DNA of 64,000 nucleotides from a virus. Below are positions 57,465 to 64,000 of this stretch, piece after piece (the stretch's first letter is position 1; the number at the start of each line of letters is the position of its first letter). Where the stretch lies: positions 331 to 64,330 of the IMG/VR virus record IMGVR_UViG_3300011429_000004. One strand, 5' to 3'. The notes under the pieces were generated by a model that did not search any database, was not told the origin of the DNA, and worked only from the letters and a program-made list of their open reading frames with translations. The translations under genes were made by a program, and so were the position numbers.

Positions 57465-57722
57465 GTGCGCACCGAATCGGAAAGAGATAAAATGATAGAG
57501 TCAATCGTAATGGCAATGATTAGCTTGTGCCTTCTGGTACTGGCTATCTATATCGTTCTTTGGGTGCTTTCACAATTAGGTATAGTTATTCCTGAAAACG
57601 TAATGAAGATTGTTTGGGTCATAGTGGTTTTAGTTGCTATTCTTATTTTAGTGAGAACCGTGCTTCCTGGGATGGGGGTTAGGATTGGTCTACTAGAAGG
57701 AGCGGTTAAACTGTTGACCTAA
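57465..57722 (+). CDS. Small membrane protein (two TM helices).
   Basis: MAMISLCLLVLAIYIVLWVL and IVWVIVVLVAILILV. Confidence 0.3.
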   Translation: MRTESERDKMIESIVMAMISLCLLVLAIYIVLWVLSQLGIVIPENVMKIVWVIVVLVAILILVRTVLPGMGVRIGLLEGAVKLLT

Positions 57723-59344
57723 TGAGCGCCAGACAAACTAAAATAAACTACACAACTGTTTGGAAACCAAACGACGGGCCTCAAAGCTGGCTTATAACTT
57801 GTCCAGTCTTTGAGACTCTATTTGGAGGCGCGCGTGGTGGTGGAAAAAGCGACGGTGTCCTTGGCGAATGGGCAAGTCATGCCGATCTTTATGGGGAGAA
57901 CGCTATTGGGTTATGTGTACGCAGAGAACGTACACAACTTGTTGAGCTTGTTGAAAGATCAAAAGTACTTTATTTCCCGCTCGGAGCAAAGTTCAACGAA
58001 CAAGACAAAGTCTGGCGGTTTCCTAATGGAGCAAGATTAAGGTTTGCATACCTTGAGAGCGACAATGACGCGATGGCTTATCAAGGGCACAGTTATACTA
58101 GAGTTTATGTGGAAGAGATGGGGACGTTCCCCAATCCTGAGCCCATTTTTAAGCTTATGGCTACTCTTGGCAGGAATCCTGCTGTTCCAAGCAGGTTTAT
58201 CGCTACTGCAAATCCCGGCGGTCCTGGTCATAGTTGGATTAAAAATCGTTATATTGACCCTGATCCTCTCGGAATGAAGATTCTCCCCACGCTCTTTGAG
58301 AATCCTTTTACCAATGAAAAAATCTACAAAGAAAGAATTTTCATTCCATCTAAAGTTACTGATAATCCTTATACTAATACAGCTCAGTATATCGGGAATC
58401 TTTATTTATCTGGTAATGCGGAACTCGTAAAAGCATGGTTGATGGGCGATTGGAATGTAATGCTCGGGGCATTCTTTCCAGAATGGGATACACGAAAACA
58501 TGTCATTAAAACATTCCAGATACCGAAACAATGGACAAGATTTATGTCTATTGATTGGGGAACAGCGACTCCATTCTCTATTGGGTGGTGGGCAGTGGTC
58601 CCTGACGAATTTGATGCCGGCCTTGAGGTTAGACCGGATCAGTGGCAATTCTACAAAGGGCAGTCTGAAGAGACTAAGATCACTACGCTTCCTAAAGGTG
58701 CTATTATTCGATACAGGGAATGGTATGGTTCCAGAAATGCTGAAGCTCAAAGTGTTTCTACGACCGAAAACATGAACATAGGTCTTAAACTCACTGCTGA
58801 AGAAGTAGCAGAGGGTATTTGTCTACGTGAAGCCCAAGAGCCAAGAAACCATTTCGAGCAAGCAAGAATAGCCTACCGAGTAGCTGATCCTAAGATGTTT
58901 GCTATGGAAAGCGGACCCTCTATAGCCGAGAGAATGGGTAATCCTCCCTATAGAATTAATCTAATGAAAGCCGACAATAAGAGAGCTGCTACAGCTGGTA
59001 CAATAGGCGGTTGGGATATGCTTAGAGCCCGATTAAAGGGAGACGGTATAACACCTATGATGTTCTTCATGGATAATTGTATCCATGCTATAAGAACATT
59101 ACCCATAGTACAGCACAATGAGAACCACTTAGAAGATGTTCTTAAAGAAGGGGAAGACCACGCACCGGATGAAATAAGGTACGCTTGTATGTCTAGGCCA
59201 TATTCTTCTACAACACATGTAGAGCGCATTAGAACTCTTCTTAGAAAGAAGGATAGTGGATTTAGAGACGGAAATATAGTTCTTCACGATGAGTTAGATA
59301 CATTAAAGAAAACTACAAGATTTAATAATGCCCGCATCAACTAA
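57722..59344 (+). CDS. Terminase large subunit.
   Basis: Walker A GGARGGGKSDG and ATPase-coupling motifs. C-terminal nuclease-like region. 540 aa. Confidence 0.75.
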   Translation: MSARQTKINYTTVWKPNDGPQSWLITCPVFETLFGGARGGGKSDGVLGEWASHADLYGENAIGLCVRRERTQLVELVERSKVLYFPLGAKFNEQDKVWRFPNGARLRFAYLESDNDAMAYQGHSYTRVYVEEMGTFPNPEPIFKLMATLGRNPAVPSRFIATANPGGPGHSWIKNRYIDPDPLGMKILPTLFENPFTNEKIYKERIFIPSKVTDNPYTNTAQYIGNLYLSGNAELVKAWLMGDWNVMLGAFFPEWDTRKHVIKTFQIPKQWTRFMSIDWGTATPFSIGWWAVVPDEFDAGLEVRPDQWQFYKGQSEETKITTLPKGAIIRYREWYGSRNAEAQSVSTTENMNIGLKLTAEEVAEGICLREAQEPRNHFEQARIAYRVADPKMFAMESGPSIAERMGNPPYRINLMKADNKRAATAGTIGGWDMLRARLKGDGITPMMFFMDNCIHAIRTLPIVQHNENHLEDVLKEGEDHAPDEIRYACMSRPYSSTTHVERIRTLLRKKDSGFRDGNIVLHDELDTLKKTTRFNNARIN

Positions 59345-59861
59345 AGTTGTGCATATATGAATGAGTCAATTGATCCTAGAATGTTATTACAAGCTCTACT
59401 TAAGCCTATGGATGGTGGGCTAAAGAATGTCGGTGCGCCACAAGCTGGATCACCAGACGCAGGAAGTATGCTAGATACTATTATGGGTAAAGGGGCAGTA
59501 GCTAATCCAATGAAATTTTCAACAGGGCTGGAACAAGTAGAGCCAGGTGCCAATAATAAAATATGGGATGAATATGTAGGTACAAAGAAATTACCTATAG
59601 ATGCACTCATAAGAATGATGGGGCACAGATAATGCCAGGGTATTCTGATATTAACCATATACCTCCTGATCAAATGGCTATACTTCAAGCTTTACTTACA
59701 CCAAGATGGTATGAATTTACTAACGCGTATAAGACAATAGACAGAATGAATATACCATATCCTAAAGAGGGGAGACTGTCTAATAATATAGAAAATCGTA
59801 TACCAGGGCATCCAGATGCTAATTCTAGTGAGCATAGTAAGATCAATAATCCCTGGAATGC

Positions 59862-60578
59862 ATGGGGCCAGATGCTATGGCCGAAGTAAGTTTATATAAG
59901 AACTTAGAGACTCCTGTAGACACCTCTAAATCATTTTCAGGGGACTTGAAAGAATTTTTATTGAAGAGTATACTTCAAGGATCAGCAGGGCTAAGAGCTA
60001 GAACAGGAATTACTGGCTCTACTATGAAGTTACCTGAAAGTACACAAAACGCTTTACAGAGACTACAACAACAAAAACCAGTAGACCAAGCATGGGTAGA
60101 AAATTGGGCGAAAGAAGCGGGAGTACCAATAAAAGACATTAGAGGGCAAGATACTAAATATATGCGATTTGATACTTTACATTCAAGATCAGGAGAAAAA
60201 TTACCTACAGTAAGAATACCTCAAGATGAATTTGGACATTTAGGAACACATACAAAATCGACTGAAATAGGTAATTATTTTGATACAGGATTGGGATTTA
60301 CTAAGAAAATGAGTCCAAGTAAAGTTAATCAAGTTGAGCCTTCCATATTAAATCAATCAGGTATGAGCTACGCGCATCCAGAAGCCTTGGACGCCGCTTT
60401 AAAGTATCGTCTTCACCCACCTAATAAAAATTGGTTAATACCAGAAGAAATGGCCCCAAGATTACCTACTCCTAAATCTACGCCTGAAGCGCCTATGTCT
60501 ACTCCTAATCCTGAAATGTTTAAACTACCTTATAATATACCAACTATAGCTGAGATGCTAGCAGCAATAAAGAAGTAA
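59862..60578 (+). CDS. Hypothetical protein.
   Basis: 238 aa ORF between the terminase and portal genes. Confidence 0.3.
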   Translation: MGPDAMAEVSLYKNLETPVDTSKSFSGDLKEFLLKSILQGSAGLRARTGITGSTMKLPESTQNALQRLQQQKPVDQAWVENWAKEAGVPIKDIRGQDTKYMRFDTLHSRSGEKLPTVRIPQDEFGHLGTHTKSTEIGNYFDTGLGFTKKMSPSKVNQVEPSILNQSGMSYAHPEALDAALKYRLHPPNKNWLIPEEMAPRLPTPKSTPEAPMSTPNPEMFKLPYNIPTIAEMLAAIKK

Positions 60579-60584
60579 ATCAAA

Positions 60585-63149
60585 ATGGCCCGTAAACAAG
60601 CTTTAAATATATCAAACATAGATGCTTCTAATCATCCTGACGACGGAGGTGTACTATCTCCGGGTCCAGGAAGAGAAAGTTTTAAACTCGCGGCTTTTTG
60701 GAAGTCACAAGTAGAGTCTATAGACCAAGCCTATGCTAAATGGACTAAAAGGGGTAATGCTGTACTTAAGAGGTTCCGAGACGAGCGTAACCGCGTAGAT
60801 GAAGAAGGTCAGAGACGTATGAACCTTCTTTGGTCTAACTACAAAGTAATGAAACCTGCTATCTACTCTAAGTGCCCTACACCTGTAGTAGATAGAAAAT
60901 TCTTAGATAGAGACCCCACGGGTAGATTATCTTCAACTATGCTGGAGCGTGCCACAAAGAATGAATTAAATAATGGTTTTCATAGAGCTGTATCTAGGGC
61001 AGTAGACGATAGGTTACTCCCAGGCAGAGGAGTAATTTGGATAAGGTATGAGCCTCAGTTCGGCGAAGGAGACTCTATACCTGCCCCTACTATTAATCCT
61101 CTTGAAGACGCACTCCATAAAATAGAAGAGGAAGTAGGCAGGGAAGGAGAAACCTCAGAAAAAGAAGAGAAATTAGAAGACACAAACGAAATAGTGATTG
61201 CAGAGAAAGTAATTACAGACTATGTAGATTGGAAAGATTTTTATGTATTTCCTGCCAAAGCAAGAACTTGGACTGAAGTACAAGCCATAGGTAAAAAAGT
61301 ACATATATCTAAGCAAGAAGCTAAAGAACGCTTTGGAGATAAGATCGGCGGCGCAATGAAGCCCGATACTACTCCAATGGGCTCTACTTCCGAGAGGTTA
61401 GTATACTCCGAGACAGCTATATTCCAAGATATAAATGAGAGGGCTATAGTTGTATATGAAATATGGAACAAGAGCGATCTTAAAGTATACTGGGTTTCTC
61501 CTGGGTATCAGTATTTAGCAGATGTAAAAGATGACCCTCTTGAGTTAGAGCAGTTCTTCCCTGTTCCTGAGCCTCTTTTCTCTACAATGACTAATGATAC
61601 TTTAATCCCTGTGCCTGATTTTATGGAATGGCAGGATCAAGCTATTCAAATAGACGAACTTACTTCAAGAATAGCTATGCTCACCAAAGCCTGCAAGATA
61701 GCAGGCGCTTATAACTCTGCTAATGTCGCACTTGGAAGAATATTAGACGAAAGCGTAGAGAATCAGCTTATACCTGTGGATCAATGGGCAGCATTTGCTG
61801 AAAAAGGCGGCGTGAAGGGAGCAATTGATCTATTACCATTAGACGAAATACAAAAATGTATAGAGACATTAACGAATGTTCGCCAACAGGCTATGATCGA
61901 CCTCGATCAAGTCACAGGTCTTAGTGATATTGTTAGAGGTACTAGTGACAGTAGAGAGACACTTGGCGGTATAAGACTTAAAAATAACAATGCGGGAACC
62001 AGACTTAGTGATAGCCAAGAAGAAGTCGCTAGGTTTGCTAGAGATGGGATAGGTATAATTGCTGAGATTATTAGTAAGCATTTTAGTGATGAAACCCTTA
62101 TTCAGTCTTCGGGAATACTCTACGAAGAAGAGCTACAGCCTGATAACGTATTAAGAGAATTACAGGCATCTACTGACCCCGTGTCATCACAAATGCCAGG
62201 ACAGCAAAAAGAATCAGCACCACAAGCAGGCCCACCACAGCCCCAACTACCTGCACCGGCTCCGCAACAAGCGCCATCGCCTTCTCCTATGCCCGGTCAA
62301 CCCGACAACAATATCGTACCCTTCCCCGGTATGCAACAGCCTAACATGGGAATGCCTTCTATTCCGTTAACGCCACCGCCACCTGATCCTCAAGTAATTA
62401 TTTTTCAAAAAATACAAAAAGCTATATCTCTATTAAGAGAAGACATAAATAGAGGCTATCGTATAGATATAGAAACAGATAGCACTATTTTTGGAGATAA
62501 AGTACAAGAACGCGAAGATGCAACTGAGTTTATTACTGCTCTTGGCGGTACTCTTAAACAATTTCAAGGCATAGCCGCAGAGATGCCTGAAGTAATGCCT
62601 CTTCTAGGGCGTATATTACAATGGGGAGTGCGTAAATACCGTACAGGTAGAGATTTAGAGTCGGAAATAGACGCATTTGTTGTAAAAATGGATAAAAAGT
62701 CCAAACAAATGATAGAGAATCCGCCTCCTAATCCGGAACAACAGAAGGCCGAGGCGGAAATAGAGCAAATTAAGCTAGAAGGTCAAATACAGCAAACAAA
62801 CGATCAAAGAGAATCAGAGCGCCAAGCTCAAAACGATCAAAGAGACTATCAATTACAAGCTGCCGACGATCAGCGCAAGATGCAAATGGCAAAAATGGAG
62901 GATGACCGTAAGGCGCAGATGTCTCAATTAGAGCAACAACATAAAGAAAAACAAATGGCTATGGACATGGAATTTAAGATAAAAGAGCATCAATTAAAGA
63001 TGCAGCAACTTGAGCGAGAAGCTACTCATGCCTCACAAGCTCACACTCATAAAATGGCTGAACTTAAGGTAACAGCTGAAGAAAACGAAAAGAAGAGAGC
63101 AGAGGCTAAGAGAAAAGCTTCTACCACAGTAAAGAAGAAAGCAAGCTAA
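60585..63149 (+). CDS. Portal protein candidate with a long Gln/Glu-rich coiled-coil C-terminal extension.
   Basis: 854 aa, positioned after the terminase and before the scaffold-like acidic gene. C-terminal ~150 aa Q/E/K-rich helix (P22-barrel-like). Confidence 0.45.
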   Translation: MARKQALNISNIDASNHPDDGGVLSPGPGRESFKLAAFWKSQVESIDQAYAKWTKRGNAVLKRFRDERNRVDEEGQRRMNLLWSNYKVMKPAIYSKCPTPVVDRKFLDRDPTGRLSSTMLERATKNELNNGFHRAVSRAVDDRLLPGRGVIWIRYEPQFGEGDSIPAPTINPLEDALHKIEEEVGREGETSEKEEKLEDTNEIVIAEKVITDYVDWKDFYVFPAKARTWTEVQAIGKKVHISKQEAKERFGDKIGGAMKPDTTPMGSTSERLVYSETAIFQDINERAIVVYEIWNKSDLKVYWVSPGYQYLADVKDDPLELEQFFPVPEPLFSTMTNDTLIPVPDFMEWQDQAIQIDELTSRIAMLTKACKIAGAYNSANVALGRILDESVENQLIPVDQWAAFAEKGGVKGAIDLLPLDEIQKCIETLTNVRQQAMIDLDQVTGLSDIVRGTSDSRETLGGIRLKNNNAGTRLSDSQEEVARFARDGIGIIAEIISKHFSDETLIQSSGILYEEELQPDNVLRELQASTDPVSSQMPGQQKESAPQAGPPQPQLPAPAPQQAPSPSPMPGQPDNNIVPFPGMQQPNMGMPSIPLTPPPPDPQVIIFQKIQKAISLLREDINRGYRIDIETDSTIFGDKVQEREDATEFITALGGTLKQFQGIAAEMPEVMPLLGRILQWGVRKYRTGRDLESEIDAFVVKMDKKSKQMIENPPPNPEQQKAEAEIEQIKLEGQIQQTNDQRESERQAQNDQRDYQLQAADDQRKMQMAKMEDDRKAQMSQLEQQHKEKQMAMDMEFKIKEHQLKMQQLEREATHASQAHTHKMAELKVTAEENEKKRAEAKRKASTTVKKKAS

Positions 63150-63273
63150 TGAAAAATAAGTATTTTTGGATCACTAAATTTCAAAATAAAAATGGAGATA
63201 GTGGTTGGGGTATACTTACCTCAAGACATATATTTATTTTTAATTGGAACAATTTTAAGAAAAGGTTCTTTAA

Positions 63274-63711
63274 ATGACTACTTATCTATTTAAGCCTGAT
63301 TGCCCATATGCAGATAAAAGAGGCATGGTCACTAAAGAAGAATATTATTATCATAGATTTATGACTACTGAAAGCAAACAAATGATGAGGGGCAATGAGC
63401 CTGTTACTCTTAGATTTATTGGAGATGAACAGCTCCCTACAAGGCACATGGCTAATGGTAAGTACTACACTTCCAAGAAGAAATTCAGGGAAGCAACTAA
63501 AGCCGCCGGTTGTATAGAAGTAGGTAACGAGTCGCCTATTAAACAAAAATCTTACGTTCCTACTACTTCTAGAAAAGAACTAAGAGAAAACATAAGACAA
63601 GGCATCAGAGCGCTTAAAGAAGAATCACTCCCTCCACAAGAACTAGCAGAAGTAAAGCGAATAGGAAGACAAGTAGACTATCAAAATAGAAACCGTAGAC
63701 GCACTAAGTAA
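63274..63711 (+). CDS. Hypothetical basic protein.
   Basis: 145 aa ORF. Confidence 0.3.
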   Translation: MTTYLFKPDCPYADKRGMVTKEEYYYHRFMTTESKQMMRGNEPVTLRFIGDEQLPTRHMANGKYYTSKKKFREATKAAGCIEVGNESPIKQKSYVPTTSRKELRENIRQGIRALKEESLPPQELAEVKRIGRQVDYQNRNRRRTK

Positions 63712-63769
63712 AAAAGAGAGTTTTTATCTTTATTGACCCACCCCTATACTATAAGAGAAACCTTAGCGC

Positions 63770-64000
63770 ATGGCAAAAAATCACTCAGAAGATTCTGAAA
63801 AAGACGACGACAAGCTCGTGAATGGGCAGCTTGGCGATGAAGATGAGGGCCACGATGAGCCCCAAGATACCTCTATTCGTGGGGCGCTTAAGGCTGCGGT
63901 AAAAGAGGTAGAGGAAAAGGAGGATGAAGACCCCGAAGACGAAAGAGAAGAAAAATCTTCGTCTAGAGATGATAAACTGGTTCAAAAAAAGCCTAAAGAA
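63770..64000 (+). CDS. Acidic protein, 3'-partial (runs off the window). Scaffold-like composition.
   Basis: MAKNHSEDSEKDDDK...EDEDPEDEREE, no stop before the window end. Confidence 0.3.
   Translation, partial: MAKNHSEDSEKDDDKLVNGQLGDEDEGHDEPQDTSIRGALKAAVKEVEEKEDEDPEDEREEKSSSRDDKLVQKKPKE

Noticed and set aside
1-64000. Temperate lifestyle / tRNA genes as attP sites
   Set aside because: No integrase, excisionase or CI-like repressor ORF is recognisable in the window. The Cro/YdaS-like ORF alone is insufficient. The tRNAs look like codon-supplementing phage tRNAs.

Overview
This window is a dsDNA phage genome or large prophage fragment with no integrase visible, AT-rich apart from islands of higher GC, organised in modules that switch strand. 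The structural module (1-16.7 kb, + strand) is T7-like: scaffold-like protein, major capsid protein, virion proteins, an internal ejection protein with a lysozyme domain, tail fibres. A minus-strand primase/helicase pair follows (17-19.6 kb). The replication module (19.7-31 kb, + strand) holds ribonucleotide reductase, family-A DNA polymerase, a helicase and nucleases, with three tRNAs and an HNH homing endonuclease between two of them. A beta-helix protein and a putative lysis cassette occupy 31-35.5 kb. The key observation is a tightly coupled minus-strand operon at 35.5-44.5 kb encoding an apparently near-complete CMP-nonulosonic-acid (pseudaminic/legionaminic-like) pathway: PseB-like dehydratase, DegT aminotransferase, NeuB/PseI synthase, PseA-type amidotransferase, HisF-like cyclase, cytidylyltransferase, methyltransferase and GNAT acetyltransferase. 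Two paralogous Maf-like (DUF115) putative nonulosonic-acid transferases sit inside the structural module next to the capsid gene, each beside a small Ser/Thr-rich virion ORF. Together these point to phage-encoded glycosylation of virion proteins with a modified nonulosonic acid. A compositionally mosaic island (44.6-53.2 kb) carries an SPFH protein, an AAA_5 ATPase with a partner, a Cro/YdaS-like gene and membrane proteins. A repeat-rich regulatory hub lies at 53.5-54.5 kb. The packaging module (55-63 kb) has a Tat-signal protein, the large terminase and the portal. Several GC-rich, CTAG-containing structured elements recur in intergenic regions.
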